Shown in pieces: positions 41,382 to 51,813 of a DNA stretch of 64,000 nt. The notes under the pieces are model-generated. The model saw only the letters and a program-made list of their open reading frames with translations. It was not told the origin of the DNA and made no database searches. The stretch comes from Escherichia phage vB_Eco_mar003J3. Location of the stretch: the sequence record NC_048203.1, one strand, 5' to 3'. Numbering within the stretch: the stretch's first letter is position 1; each line of letters begins with the position of its first letter. Made by a program: the position numbers and the translations under genes.

Positions 41382-41566
41382 TATCTATTCTCCAGTTTAT
41401 CTAACAGCTTACGAGCTGCGATATTATGTTGTTTAATTTCTCGGTTAAGAATTTCATTTTCACTATTTAATTCTAGATTCTTGGTATTAAGACTACTACA
41501 GCAAACCACTAACCCTAGAACTGCCACTAGAGACGCTACTAATATAACGAGAAATAATATTTCCAT
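41381..41566 (-). CDS. small membrane protein
   Basis: 61 aa, N-terminal TM helix. Confidence 0.4.
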   Translation of the reverse strand: MEILFLVILVASLVAVLGLVVCCSSLNTKNLELNSENEILNREIKQHNIAARKLLDKLENR

Positions 41567-41799
41567 TATTTAATTCCCATGTATCTTTTTAGGTATTCGA
41601 TGAAGTCTTCAGCTTTATGCTCTTGACTGCCCTGAGCCACGAATAACTTTAGAACCTCACGCTGTTGTTTAAGAACAGAGACTTCTCTCCGCAATTTCAC
41701 AGTATCGTCAATGATCTGGTTAGCATAACGAGTCTTGCGCACAGCGGTATTGATAGCGAAGACTAGTGCGATTAGTAAAATAATTAATACATATTCCAT
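41566..41799 (-). CDS. small membrane protein
   Basis: 77 aa, N-terminal TM helix. Confidence 0.4.
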   Translation of the reverse strand: MEYVLIILLIALVFAINTAVRKTRYANQIIDDTVKLRREVSVLKQQREVLKLFVAQGSQEHKAEDFIEYLKRYMGIK

Positions 41800-42086
41800 C
41801 AGTTACTCCAGATTAGCATCCAGCTCTTGTCGAACGTGGCTGCTCTGTTAATTAATTCGCCCATAGAAACGTTATTGTTGTCTATGGCTTCTTGTACAAA
41901 CTCTTTACCGAAATCATCTACTAGGTATTCTGTACCATTTATAATAATCTTGTAGAGAGTTGGGACTAAAGGATGTTGATGATTAAGAGGACTCTCGTTA
42001 ACAATTATCTCATTCCTTCCCCACGTCGTTTTGAACATTTTATGGGATAGTAGAGCTAATGGATTTGACCAGACTACGTACTCCAT
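41799..42086 (-). CDS. hypothetical protein
   Basis: 95 aa. Confidence 0.4.
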   Translation of the reverse strand: MEYVVWSNPLALLSHKMFKTTWGRNEIIVNESPLNHQHPLVPTLYKIIINGTEYLVDDFGKEFVQEAIDNNNVSMGELINRAATFDKSWMLIWSN

Positions 42087-42552
42087 CTTTCTTTAACTCC
42101 TGTTTTAACTTTTGATCTTTATTATACCAAATTATGTGCTCACCGTCAACTACAAATTTGTGGAAAGGTGCTGGTACGGTATACACTCCATATTCTGTTA
42201 AGCGTGTTACAACTTTATGAGCACATAATCGGCAACCATGTCCTTCTAAGTGAGACCGTGCAGTTTGTAAGAAGTAACCATCGTGATCTGGGCAATAGAT
42301 CTCAACCTGCTGTTGCATAGTTCTATACTTAACTCTTTCATATCCAAAGAACTTACCATGTGCTTCTACAGCTCTCCTGATAAAGATTAGATTAAGTGCA
42401 TCTTGCTGGAAGTCTATATGAAGTTGTTTGAGTTTAATTCTATTAATAGATCCATCTGATTTAGTGAATCTATTTATGGGAAACTGTAATGCTTCCTCAT
42501 AAAGTAATTCGTTTATTTTATCTCTCATAGTATACACGAAAGGCCAGAACAA
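42040..42552 (-). CDS. hypothetical protein with Cys/His cluster
   Basis: 170 aa; CPDHDG...HLEGHGCRLCAH. Confidence 0.45.
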   Translation of the reverse strand: MFWPFVYTMRDKINELLYEEALQFPINRFTKSDGSINRIKLKQLHIDFQQDALNLIFIRRAVEAHGKFFGYERVKYRTMQQQVEIYCPDHDGYFLQTARSHLEGHGCRLCAHKVVTRLTEYGVYTVPAPFHKFVVDGEHIIWYNKDQKLKQELKKDGVRSLVKSISSTIP

Positions 42553-42572
42553 TTAAGTCCTGGCCTCTAGGA

Positions 42573-43022
42573 TTAGTGAAGTTGCTTGCCGTTTAAGGCC
42601 ATATCAGCAGTTTCCAGAAGAGATTCAGTAATCTCACGAGAAACTAGATATTCATCAATTGAGTGGCGGCGTTTATAAGCGTAAGCATTAACAATCAGAT
42701 CTAGAGCACCGAGAACATCATGAACAGTTACTTCTTCATTATTGTCTAGCTCTTCTTGGGTAATCTCAATTAACTGGCCAACTGCCATTAAAAGCCCAAG
42801 AATATCTGCTGTTTCACCTGCCACCAGCGGATTAGCACATCCTACTGTAAGATCGAAAGCATGATTGACAATTGACTGTCCATCAACGCTTCCTTCCTCA
42901 ATCTGCTTCTCCAACTGCTTCATCTGCTCTAGCACTGGATTTTTCTTTTGTGTCATGGTAAAGATTTCCTGTATCAGTTGGAAGGAATGCCGATTGTGCC
43001 TTCGGCGGATGTTGTTTAGCAA
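42573..43022 (-). CDS. hypothetical acidic protein (true start probably at internal Met near 42956)
   Basis: 149 aa in track; overlaps next ORF in another frame. Confidence 0.4.
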   Translation of the reverse strand: MLNNIRRRHNRHSFQLIQEIFTMTQKKNPVLEQMKQLEKQIEEGSVDGQSIVNHAFDLTVGCANPLVAGETADILGLLMAVGQLIEITQEELDNNEEVTVHDVLGALDLIVNAYAYKRRHSIDEYLVSREITESLLETADMALNGKQLH

Positions 43023-43365
43023 TCCAGTTGAGGATCAGTACACGGCTAGGAACGATATCGGTATTATACCAGAAGTCATGAACCCAATGTCGTGCATCTT
43101 CGAACTTACCGAACTTATATGCTTTCTTGAACAGTTCAAAACCAAAGCAGTCAGGTGCAAAATCTACGTCACGATAAAGAATTACCTTAGAACCGGTGAG
43201 ATCTTGAATCGCTGCGTTAATCTCTGTATGTGAGAACTTCGTCTCATGGAAAGTATTAAAGAAGCGGTAATTAAAACGTCCGTTCGTTTCGACAAACAAC
43301 TGGATGAATAAATCATTAAATTGGCCATCAAACCAGTAATTCTGTAATCTTTGCAGTGCTGTCAT
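42898..43365 (-). CDS. hypothetical protein
   Basis: 155 aa. Confidence 0.45.
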   Translation of the reverse strand: MTALQRLQNYWFDGQFNDLFIQLFVETNGRFNYRFFNTFHETKFSHTEINAAIQDLTGSKVILYRDVDFAPDCFGFELFKKAYKFGKFEDARHWVHDFWYNTDIVPSRVLILNWIAKQHPPKAQSAFLPTDTGNLYHDTKEKSSARADEAVGEAD

Positions 43366-43562
43366 TTACGAACTCCATTTATTGCTGCTATAACGCCTTC
43401 ATACATGAAAGGAAGAACTTGTGAAATGTGGAAATCTTGAACTGTCCAACCAGCCTCTTGATACATAATGTTAATGATTGCACAACTTAACATAAAAGCT
43501 GGTAGAATTATAAAGTAATCCCACGTTGCTTTCTGCAAGTTAGGGTTATAAAAATTAATCAT
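43362..43562 (-). CDS. small membrane protein
   Basis: 66 aa hydrophobic. Confidence 0.4.
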   Translation of the reverse strand: MINFYNPNLQKATWDYFIILPAFMLSCAIINIMYQEAGWTVQDFHISQVLPFMYEGVIAAINGVRK

Positions 43563-43662
43563 CTATTTTTAAGTCTCCGTATTACTTTGGCCTGCTCAAC
43601 GATTATGAAAACGGCAACCACTAAACCGAAGATTAGGATTGCCGTAACAGTTGTTAAATCAA

Positions 43663-43995
43663 TCAAGGCAGACGCCAAACGTAATGGGCTGTCCAAAGTG
43701 TTTCTGGTTCATCGTCATTATGCATCACTAGGGACTCTGGAGAATAACTATTAGCTAGTTCTTTACGAACCATTTCACGTTCTTCACCAGTTTCAATATT
43801 TTTAACAATCACTTTCATATTAAGAGGAGTTAGCTCAGAAAGCGGTCGCCATAAGTCTTCCAGATCTGTTTTAGTTTTATTCTGGATGGATTGCAAGACT
43901 TCTAGTGTCTGAGGATTTACATTAATAAACCCACGTTCAGTAACAAAACCTAGAAACTCGTCCAGCAGGATTAATTCACTAAAATTAAGCTTCAT
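43663..43995 (-). CDS. hypothetical protein
   Basis: 110 aa. Confidence 0.45.
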   Translation of the reverse strand: MKLNFSELILLDEFLGFVTERGFINVNPQTLEVLQSIQNKTKTDLEDLWRPLSELTPLNMKVIVKNIETGEEREMVRKELANSYSPESLVMHNDDEPETLWTAHYVWRLP

Positions 43996-44230
43996 CTTTC
44001 AGAATATCCTCGATCATGTCAGAAGATTGCTGTAGTTCGTCTACAATGCGTTTAACGTCAGTTTTTGTCACTTTACCTGCCAACATCGTGAACAACATAG
44101 CAACAATGATGATAGGGACTGGCAGAACAAACAGTGCTACTTTACCAACGTTCTTTGGAGTCCAGGTGTGATACTTAGTAACCAGAATACCAACAATAAC
44201 CAGATAAAAAGCTAAGATAATTAACATCAT
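43985..44230 (-). CDS. small membrane protein (2 TM)
   Basis: 81 aa. Confidence 0.45.
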   Translation of the reverse strand: MMLIILAFYLVIVGILVTKYHTWTPKNVGKVALFVLPVPIIIVAMLFTMLAGKVTKTDVKRIVDELQQSSDMIEDILKDEA

Positions 44231-44508
44231 TTCTTAATCTCCGTGATTACCTGAGCGCGCAGGACTTTAATAGGAAGTTTAGTGTTACCAACAAGAGCTT
44301 CAATATTCTTTAGCTTTTCTTTGAGAAGATCTGAACGTCTTTGTGTGTCCTCGATATCTTTTTCAGCAGCTATATATTTTTCCCAGAGCGCATTATTGGT
44401 GGCCTTCATTGCTTCCATATTTTTATTAGCATTAAGAATGCCAATGATTCCACCAATTGCTGCTAAAGTAGTGAGAACCAGCAATCCAATTAAAATTTCT
44501 GTAATCAT
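44227..44508 (-). CDS. membrane-anchored coiled-coil protein
   Basis: 93 aa, N-terminal TM. Confidence 0.45.
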   Translation of the reverse strand: MITEILIGLLVLTTLAAIGGIIGILNANKNMEAMKATNNALWEKYIAAEKDIEDTQRRSDLLKEKLKNIEALVGNTKLPIKVLRAQVITEIKK

Positions 44509-44912
44509 TTAAATACTCCATTAGCACACCACATCGAGGGTGGTACTTCTTCTACATTTCCATAAAATTTGATCTTAAATAAGACACTACCACTATTTTG
44601 GCAGAAAATCTTTCCTTCCTCTACCATAATTTTTGCTTGATTTGTGTCTCCAGATCTTAAAACATCTATTACTGTAACCCCTGTAAATCTGGAGAATTGC
44701 TCATCAGCATATTCACCTTGTTGACGGTGTCTCTGCTCCATTTCCATGGCTGCTTTCTTTGCCTCTTCCCATTTATCCTTATGTTGGGTTGGGGTTTCCT
44801 GAATTTCTACTTTATCACGCTGGTTAAGCATGAAGTCGCTAACACCGAGGGTGATAGCTAAGGAAACTAGGGCATTTAGCCCTAGTACAAGTAAGAATTT
44901 TCCGTTAGTCAT
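44505..44912 (-). CDS. secreted / membrane-anchored protein
   Basis: 135 aa with N-terminal signal-like helix. Confidence 0.45.
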   Translation of the reverse strand: MTNGKFLLVLGLNALVSLAITLGVSDFMLNQRDKVEIQETPTQHKDKWEEAKKAAMEMEQRHRQQGEYADEQFSRFTGVTVIDVLRSGDTNQAKIMVEEGKIFCQNSGSVLFKIKFYGNVEEVPPSMWCANGVFK

Positions 44913-45181
44913 TATTTCTTACCTTTCAGTTGCTTAACTTCACGCTCAAAAGATGCTGCACGACGTTCGGCAGTTGCCTGATGCTCTTTCGCAAAACGTG
45001 CTTCTTGTTTCGCAAGGTTGAATGCCATAGCATTCTTGTTCAGAGAATCATACATCTTTTTCATTGCCGGAATAGACATCTTCATGAGCTGACCTTCAAA
45101 ACCCTGCATATCGAGGAGAATTGCCAGAACGTTAGCCATTTCAGTTTTAGTCATGTTTTCCATTAGAATTTCCTCTCTCAT
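44912..45181 (-). CDS. hypothetical protein
   Basis: 89 aa. Confidence 0.4.
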   Translation of the reverse strand: MREEILMENMTKTEMANVLAILLDMQGFEGQLMKMSIPAMKKMYDSLNKNAMAFNLAKQEARFAKEHQATAERRAASFEREVKQLKGKK

Positions 45182-45241
45182 TAATTTATGAACTTATTAT
45201 ACAGAATTTTAAAGCTAGAAGCAACTGAATTTTTTATTTAC

Positions 45242-45673
45242 TTACCAATCGTTAACGAAACCTGAGAATTCAGAAGCAAATACTAGCTCAAATTTCTCAG
45301 CAATTTCAGTGTGATCCTTACAGATCAGTTCTATGCACTTCTCAGGTTCCATACCATCTTCTTCAGGATCACCGTAATACTTGTCCCAAAGATCATCAGG
45401 AATAACTTGCTCAGCTAGATCTTGGAAGTTCACTAACTGATAGCGTGGAGTATCCTCATTAATAAAGATCTCATGCAATTCCTCAGATACTTCTCCCTTA
45501 TAATCGGAAATTAGCAGAGCATTGCAAGCAAAACATTCCCACATCATCAAACGCTCAGAAATAGGGTTAGATTTGTCTCGAACATAGGACTGAAAGACTG
45601 CCTTAAAAGTAGCCTTAACTTGCTCAAACTTATCTGCTGTTGCGATTAAAAGTGCTTTATCAATCTTTTGCAT
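45242..45673 (-). CDS. hypothetical protein
   Basis: 143 aa. Confidence 0.45.
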   Translation of the reverse strand: MQKIDKALLIATADKFEQVKATFKAVFQSYVRDKSNPISERLMMWECFACNALLISDYKGEVSEELHEIFINEDTPRYQLVNFQDLAEQVIPDDLWDKYYGDPEEDGMEPEKCIELICKDHTEIAEKFELVFASEFSGFVNDW

Positions 45674-45834
45674 TTTGATTCCTTCTCATCAATTTATAAA
45701 GTAATTATACAGAAAACTAAGCATTTTAGCAAATGAAGTTTTAAAATAAAAGGCCTAAGCCTAGGCCCGTAAAGAAAGAGATAAGAACTACTATACCTAT
45801 TGCTATAAATATCTCACGAGCCATGCCATCAAAA

Positions 45835-46425
45835 TCAAACATTGATATCTCCTCTCAATACCGCCGCCACATCTTCATCGATTTGGAGTATTTCACCAGT
45901 AGTGCAGTTAACCACTTTATCATAGCTTGTGAACTTGCCAGACACAATATCCTCTAGAGGAATAGGAGTCTTGCTCATCTCAAAAGAGACGTTGATATAA
46001 CGTGGATCACGCACAGAATTGGTGTGCACATGTCCGTGAATGTTTAGCTTACCACGAAGTTCTGCTTCGTGCAATGGACAGTGTGACAGCCAAAACTTCT
46101 TGCCACCACCTGTTTGCTTACCTAGAGCCTGAATATCATCATAAACGTCTACAAGATCTTTAATACGCAGACCCTGACGTTCAGCATCGTGGTTGCCCAT
46201 GATTAACTGGTTAGGCACATTGTGGATAACCGACTTTAATTTAGCCAACCCTTCACGCCCCACGGCAATATCCCCTAGCAAGACGAGCTTAGTACGCTTG
46301 CCAATGTGCTTGGACAAAGTATCTAGGATATATTCATCATGTTCTTTCATATTCTTAAACCACGGACGGAAGCGAAGAGTTCCAGGGTGGTCTAAGTGCA
46401 AATCCGACCAGAATTTAACTTTCAT
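45835..46425 (-). CDS. calcineurin-like metallophosphoesterase
   Basis: DLHLDHP ... GDIAVG ... GNHD ... HGHVH motifs. Confidence 0.65.
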   Translation of the reverse strand: MKVKFWSDLHLDHPGTLRFRPWFKNMKEHDEYILDTLSKHIGKRTKLVLLGDIAVGREGLAKLKSVIHNVPNQLIMGNHDAERQGLRIKDLVDVYDDIQALGKQTGGGKKFWLSHCPLHEAELRGKLNIHGHVHTNSVRDPRYINVSFEMSKTPIPLEDIVSGKFTSYDKVVNCTTGEILQIDEDVAAVLRGDINV

Positions 46426-46631
46426 TATTTATCCCTTACACATGTGGATGTAATAGTATAACTATCGTAGAATATACCTTTTGTGAGTCCAATTTGAATA
46501 CTGGAATAATCTAGCTCACCTCCAGCTACATCACATAAGTGTTTTGTATCTTCTGCAGTAAATCTCATATTATCATCGTAGGAATCACATCCAGCTAGTA
46601 TTAGTACTGATAATAGTAGTAATCTCTTCAT
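46425..46631 (-). CDS. small lipoprotein
   Basis: 68 aa, lipobox LAGC. Confidence 0.5.
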   Translation of the reverse strand: MKRLLLLSVLILAGCDSYDDNMRFTAEDTKHLCDVAGGELDYSSIQIGLTKGIFYDSYTITSTCVRDK

Positions 46632-46999
46632 TACAGAACTTCCTCCGCATATTTATTCCAACCCTGACAATAACTACTAATACCACGAAGTTTGAATATT
46701 TCATCATGAATCTCATTATGTTCTTTTGCTTCTTGATATCCTTTGTCAAGTTCTTCTTGTCGTGCTTGCTCAAAATCAACACGATTCTCTAGCATTTTCC
46801 AGACTTCTTCATACTCTGGCCAGTCATGCTCTACCACAACGGTTTTGAGATCCTCTTTTCCACGTTGTGCTCGACTATACCACAGTTTGGATAAGATATG
46901 TTCCAAAGTGGTAAAGTTGCTTTGAGTGATATGCCCTAATTCTAGGGCTTTCTCAATATCAGACAACTTTATAACTACATAACGTTCTTCACGTTCCAT
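46631..46999 (-). CDS. hypothetical protein
   Basis: 122 aa. Confidence 0.45.
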   Translation of the reverse strand: MEREERYVVIKLSDIEKALELGHITQSNFTTLEHILSKLWYSRAQRGKEDLKTVVVEHDWPEYEEVWKMLENRVDFEQARQEELDKGYQEAKEHNEIHDEIFKLRGISSYCQGWNKYAEEVL

Positions 47000-47862
47000 T
47001 ATAGAATCCTCTGTACACCACAGCTATCATTTTTATCTGTGGTAAATGTCAAGATCTTACCAGCTTCATCATTAACTTGCGCAACCGTCAACTGCCCGTT
47101 GAAAACACCGCCAGTATCGAGATAAACACGGTTCTTGTACAGAATTGGGTAAGGAACACCAGTGTGGCCATGGAATACGAAATCTACACTTTCAACTTCT
47201 GGCACTTCCACAGTCAGTTCATCTTTAAATCCTGCATAACGCTGGAAATAGGGGTGCTCTGCACCTTGCTTAGACAGATGAAAACCAATTTCCTGAATTA
47301 CATCACGATCCCATAGATATGGCTCAATGTAATAACTAGGATGATCATTAGGATCATTTTCACTTGCAGCGATATGATCAATAATATCATCCCAATTAGG
47401 TGTATGTACATCGAATCCCGCATCTTTATATTGGAATGGTATTCCACCATGAACAACACCATATTTCTTGCCACGATGGAGTACAGTCATGAATACTGGC
47501 ATTTTAACTGCCATATCTTCTGCGATACCTTTAATTGTATCGGTATCTAGATCATTCATTGCCCACATTCCACCATTATACATCCAGTTGGCGTAGTCAC
47601 CAGCAATCATAAACTGATCATGGTTGCCACGAACGCTGCGGAAGCGTGGGTTATATAAGAATTTGGCTAGAACCTGTAAGTTCTGCGGGCCACGGTCAAT
47701 TAAGTCGCCAACACAGACAACATAGTCACGCTTCTCTTTATATCCTGCTAGTTTAAGAGCATCTTCCAGCATATCATTACAGCCGTGAATATCTCCTACG
47801 AAGAACAGGTTAACATCGTCTGGTACTACTAACATTTCATGCAGGTTAAATTCTTTTTTCAT
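46999..47862 (-). CDS. Ser/Thr protein phosphatase (PPP family)
   Basis: GDIHGC, GDLIDRGP, GNHD motifs. Confidence 0.75.
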   Translation of the reverse strand: MKKEFNLHEMLVVPDDVNLFFVGDIHGCNDMLEDALKLAGYKEKRDYVVCVGDLIDRGPQNLQVLAKFLYNPRFRSVRGNHDQFMIAGDYANWMYNGGMWAMNDLDTDTIKGIAEDMAVKMPVFMTVLHRGKKYGVVHGGIPFQYKDAGFDVHTPNWDDIIDHIAASENDPNDHPSYYIEPYLWDRDVIQEIGFHLSKQGAEHPYFQRYAGFKDELTVEVPEVESVDFVFHGHTGVPYPILYKNRVYLDTGGVFNGQLTVAQVNDEAGKILTFTTDKNDSCGVQRIL

Positions 47863-47964
47863 TATCTGGTTCCTTTCTCAAGTTTATAGGTATATTATAT
47901 CAAAATTTTAAGCGTTTAGCAAATAAAGAAAAACCCAGATCAGCTAAGATCTGGGTTAGATTTA

Positions 47965-48255
47965 TTAATCTTCTGGATTATCTTCCAGGAAGTTTTTGAT
48001 TGCGTCATGCATAGTTTCTTTACGAAGTTGACGACCAATCAGAATGTGGTTGGCTTCCACACGACCATTAGGGAGACGATCTGCTAGAACTACTACAGGA
48101 ACCTGACGAACGCCAAATTTCTGCATAAGTTCTGTGTTATCAGTCTCTTTATGAACTTCTAGACTGTAGTCCTGTACTACTTTATCGAATACAGGCTCGA
48201 ACATTTTGCACGGATTGCAGGTAGATCCCTTTAATAGGTATACTAATTTACTCAT
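47965..48255 (-). CDS. glutaredoxin/thioredoxin-like protein
   Basis: 96 aa with CNPC active-site-like motif near N-terminus. Confidence 0.5.
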   Translation of the reverse strand: MSKLVYLLKGSTCNPCKMFEPVFDKVVQDYSLEVHKETDNTELMQKFGVRQVPVVVLADRLPNGRVEANHILIGRQLRKETMHDAIKNFLEDNPED

Positions 48256-48658
48256 GTTTATTAATGGCCTCCAAAAATGCCTTCATCACTTTAACAGTTG
48301 CAGTGCTAAGATCTAAGGTAGCACCTAAGCACTCAGATACAGCAGCCTGATAAGGGGCTTTTAGCCTGCCTTCCGGTACTTGTACTTTCTTATAGGTTTT
48401 CTTTTTGACTTTATCCAGCATCGTTTCAAGAACATTGAGAGGCAACTTCTGACCTTCAATATTCACGCCAAGCTCTTCCATTAGCATGGTATTTAAGTCA
48501 ATACGAGTAAGTTTCTTGCCTTTGCTAGACATACGAATTCCCGCCTTTTTCTCAAGTTTTGCACGCTCTGGTGAATCGAGGTCACGTAATGCGATGTTCA
48601 ATTCATACGGAGCCATATTGTAATGGTTAGCCATCTGAGTATAGTAACGATCTGACAT
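48248..48658 (-). CDS. hypothetical protein
   Basis: 136 aa. Confidence 0.45.
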   Translation of the reverse strand: MSDRYYTQMANHYNMAPYELNIALRDLDSPERAKLEKKAGIRMSSKGKKLTRIDLNTMLMEELGVNIEGQKLPLNVLETMLDKVKKKTYKKVQVPEGRLKAPYQAAVSECLGATLDLSTATVKVMKAFLEAINKHE

Positions 48659-48733
48659 TTGTGAAACTCCTCTGATTCAATTTATATAAATATTATATAA
48701 AAATTTCAGCGGAAAGTCAACTACTTTTTTATA

Positions 48734-49150
48734 TTAGTGTGCTTGATGTGGGAATCTCTTCCTAACTAAGTACATAGTTATTGGATATATTGAATACATA
48801 AGTATAGGGGAGAAAAGGGTGAAATAAGCCGTGACTCCCCCAGCTAACATTAGTGGTATCAATGCTAGAGTAAGGGCCATAAGAATCATACCGAATGAGA
48901 CAGCCAGGGCTACTGTGATGCAGTTCTCTAACTCCATCCAAAGCCAACAATATTTCGTATTCCTCTGGCAGTTGCATTTGCAAACGCCGAATGTGCCCAT
49001 AATTATATACTCTAGCCCATGAACGACTTTCTTTAATGTATCATTTTGGGTAACTAGTGCGACAACAGTGAGAATTATCATTAAGATGAAAATTACTAGG
49101 CTTATTTTCCATATTCCTAGTAATATCATGGTGAATAGTTCTGCAAACAT
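48734..49150 (-). CDS. multi-pass membrane protein
   Basis: 138 aa, at least 4 hydrophobic helices. Confidence 0.5.
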   Translation of the reverse strand: MFAELFTMILLGIWKISLVIFILMIILTVVALVTQNDTLKKVVHGLEYIIMGTFGVCKCNCQRNTKYCWLWMELENCITVALAVSFGMILMALTLALIPLMLAGGVTAYFTLFSPILMYSIYPITMYLVRKRFPHQAH

Positions 49151-49225
49151 GGCTTTCTCCTATCATTAAGTTTTTAAAGCCCCCTTTGCTTTAAAAGGCG
49201 GGAATTACCCCGCCTTGATTTATTA

Positions 49226-49639
49226 TCAGACTAATTCTACGTGACCACCGTCGTAAGTACCACGATCGATCTCATCATGATAATCACCAGAACTATTCCA
49301 GTCGGCACCAAAACGAAGTTTGACACCAAGTTCCTTACCGGCTTGTTCAAAAGCCTTCTTAACAGCCCAAAATGCTTCCAGATCTTTCCAATCAATCTTT
49401 CCATTAATATATGGTGCAAAATCGATAGCGTCTCCAGTTACATGCTTACTCTTGCTAGGGTCTTTCAAAAATGAAGTACCATTAGCAATGTTTTGGGCAC
49501 TTTGTGCTACTGTACGAATACCCTGTACGATTGTGAAATCATATGGAGATAATTCTAAAGCCCTACGAGCTACCTTTTGTAGCTCGGGCTTAACAGTTGC
49601 TAATTGTTTTTCGCTATTTTTACCAAATTTAAAACTCAT
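49226..49639 (-). CDS. endolysin, L-alanyl-D-glutamate peptidase (T5 EndoT5-like)
   Basis: 137 aa (T5 endolysin 137 aa); HVTGDAIDFAPY and WNSSGDYHDEID metallopeptidase-like motifs; directly downstream of holin. Confidence 0.7.
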   Translation of the reverse strand: MSFKFGKNSEKQLATVKPELQKVARRALELSPYDFTIVQGIRTVAQSAQNIANGTSFLKDPSKSKHVTGDAIDFAPYINGKIDWKDLEAFWAVKKAFEQAGKELGVKLRFGADWNSSGDYHDEIDRGTYDGGHVELV

Positions 49640-50292
49640 ATAGATCTACCTAATGATCTCCGTTGTGGGGAACAGAGCTTTGCTAAGTACTCATTAAATT
49701 GTTCCGAATCAGCTGTATCTACGGGTTTATCCTTCCATGCAATACCTATGTATCCAGCATAGATATTATTTAGGTTGAAATATGGACAAGTGTAGACGTA
49801 ATTAAAAGTAATGTTCTTAAATGCTGGTATATTTGACCCAGTATATTTATTTACTTTTACACTTAAATCCGCAGCGTAGTTAAAGCCTTCCAGGTGACGT
49901 CTATAAAGTTCAGACGTCTTATTTACTGCTTTATCGGCCAAGTCAGCCCTATCCAATTGCGCATTGCTTTCCCATGCAATAATGTTTGAATAATCATTTA
50001 TAGCATCTGGTTTATACTTTACTACAAAAACGGCATCCGCACCAGTCTGGGAGAAAAGAACCATACTCTTTTCTCGTGCTACATTAGGAAAGTTATCTAT
50101 CCTTTGGGTTTGAACATCCTGTAAAACCGAAGACGTGGAGAAAGTCTTTAAAAATGACATCACCTCGCTAGTGTTACTTACAAACAAGAAAATAATGACA
50201 GCAACTAAGATAGTTAGCAGACGTTTTAGTAGCGAAGCTGGATCTTTCGCTTCTTGTAGCAGTATCGTTAATAGTTGTATAAACTTTTCCAC
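49636..50292 (-). CDS. holin (T5-type, single N-terminal TM)
   Basis: 218 aa; TM LLTILVAVIIFLFV; overlaps endolysin start. Confidence 0.55.
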   Translation of the reverse strand: MEKFIQLLTILLQEAKDPASLLKRLLTILVAVIIFLFVSNTSEVMSFLKTFSTSSVLQDVQTQRIDNFPNVAREKSMVLFSQTGADAVFVVKYKPDAINDYSNIIAWESNAQLDRADLADKAVNKTSELYRRHLEGFNYAADLSVKVNKYTGSNIPAFKNITFNYVYTCPYFNLNNIYAGYIGIAWKDKPVDTADSEQFNEYLAKLCSPQRRSLGRSI

Positions 50293-50448
50293 TTGTAACC
50301 TCCTCTAACCACTACCATTATACTAATTCTAGAGTAAAATTACAATGTGTTTTTTAAGATCACTTCTGGAGCACAATTTTTTGTCGTTGTCAAGAAGAAT
50401 TTTAGGCAAAAGAAAAGCCAGAGTCGTTAAACTCTGGCTTAAAACTAC

Positions 50449-51048
50449 TTACACTTCTCCATGTTCTTCTGGATGCGGGGCTTGAGCTTTACTACACTGC
50501 TCTTTACGATAATTCGCCAAAATTTCAATACGCTTATTGATTTCTTTGCTGTTGAGATAGATATTCTTATTCTCTTTTACCATGTCCTCGATTTCGTCGA
50601 CAGAGAAGAACGGAAAGTAAATATCTAGCATCATATCTTCTACAAACTGGTTGTAGGATTCATATGCTTTCTTGATTTCTTGACCTTTCTCGCAGAATCC
50701 GCCAGAGAACGTATGTCCCATAAGCGTAGCATGTGGATGTACAACCCAACCGTGGCAAGATAGGAAGATTGTGCAGTAAGCAGAAGCACTAGGACCGAGT
50801 AGGTGTCCAATAACAGTTCCACGACAGTTAGCGATTAGGTTAGATAGTTGTGCAGCAGTATCAACGTAACCACCCGGCCCATTAATCATCAGATTAATTT
50901 CATCATCTTCACCAGCCTGCATCAGTATCATGGATAGGTCACGATACTCCTCCGGTGAGCCTAATTCTTCATCAAAGAAAAAGGTATATTCGTTAGATTG
51001 GCGAACAGTGTGAAACAGGTTAGTCTTTTCTTCTTTCTTATTAGTCAT
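50449..51048 (-). CDS. ClpP-like serine protease (putative)
   Basis: 199 aa; NGPGGYV...GHLLGPSASAYCTIF resembles ClpP/S14 core. Confidence 0.45.
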   Translation of the reverse strand: MTNKKEEKTNLFHTVRQSNEYTFFFDEELGSPEEYRDLSMILMQAGEDDEINLMINGPGGYVDTAAQLSNLIANCRGTVIGHLLGPSASAYCTIFLSCHGWVVHPHATLMGHTFSGGFCEKGQEIKKAYESYNQFVEDMMLDIYFPFFSVDEIEDMVKENKNIYLNSKEINKRIEILANYRKEQCSKAQAPHPEEHGEV

Positions 51049-51060
51049 AGTGATCCTTAA

Positions 51061-51813
51061 TTATCCAACTAGTGGTTCTAGCTCTAAGTCACAGAAGTGG
51101 TATACATCAGTACGAAGTGCATCAAGTCCGTTGAAGGTATTCTCAAATTTATGAGAAATGTATTTTTCAGGAATACCGCTTTCAGACGGATGATCTGTCT
51201 CGATGCGATACTTATTAGTAATACCAGATTCAACCTTAATAAGTATGGAATCCATATCTAGAGTATTGGATTCCATGATTAGCTCTCCCTCATTTGGAAA
51301 ACGCACATCGGTAACGATTGCGACGTCTGGGTCGTCTTTATCGATGGATTGCTCCAGAATTATGAGCCAAATGCGTTCATGCACCAGCTGCCTTCCTAAC
51401 TCAGTACCTACAAGCTGTAGCATTTTTCTTGGGGAGATAAATACGCTATACAGCGCATCATCAGCTTGCCCAATTAACTGCTGAGGATCAAGGTATTTTC
51501 CTTCAAAAATAGGCCAAACGTACGAGAAGTCCTCAAACTTATCGATACCATACTTAAACCATACGTCTCTAGCTCGCTCCAGCTGAGATTGTGTGACCGT
51601 AAACCATTGGTCAATCTCCTTTCCCCTGCGCTCTCCCAGAAACTCTGGAGTTACCCCGAGGATTACGGATGCAAGTTCGTAAACGGGTTTAGCAAAACTG
51701 TAACGACGGGATAAACACGTTGGGAACGTGTCATTACACCAGTCAATCATTAATTCTGCAACGGTATCTTTTCCCGCACCAGCCTCACCATGTAAACCGA
51801 CTAATACTGACAT
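51061..51813 (-). CDS. deoxynucleoside monophosphate kinase (P-loop)
   Basis: 250 aa; Walker A GLHGEAGAGKDT. Confidence 0.6.
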   Translation of the reverse strand: MSVLVGLHGEAGAGKDTVAELMIDWCNDTFPTCLSRRYSFAKPVYELASVILGVTPEFLGERRGKEIDQWFTVTQSQLERARDVWFKYGIDKFEDFSYVWPIFEGKYLDPQQLIGQADDALYSVFISPRKMLQLVGTELGRQLVHERIWLIILEQSIDKDDPDVAIVTDVRFPNEGELIMESNTLDMDSILIKVESGITNKYRIETDHPSESGIPEKYISHKFENTFNGLDALRTDVYHFCDLELEPLVG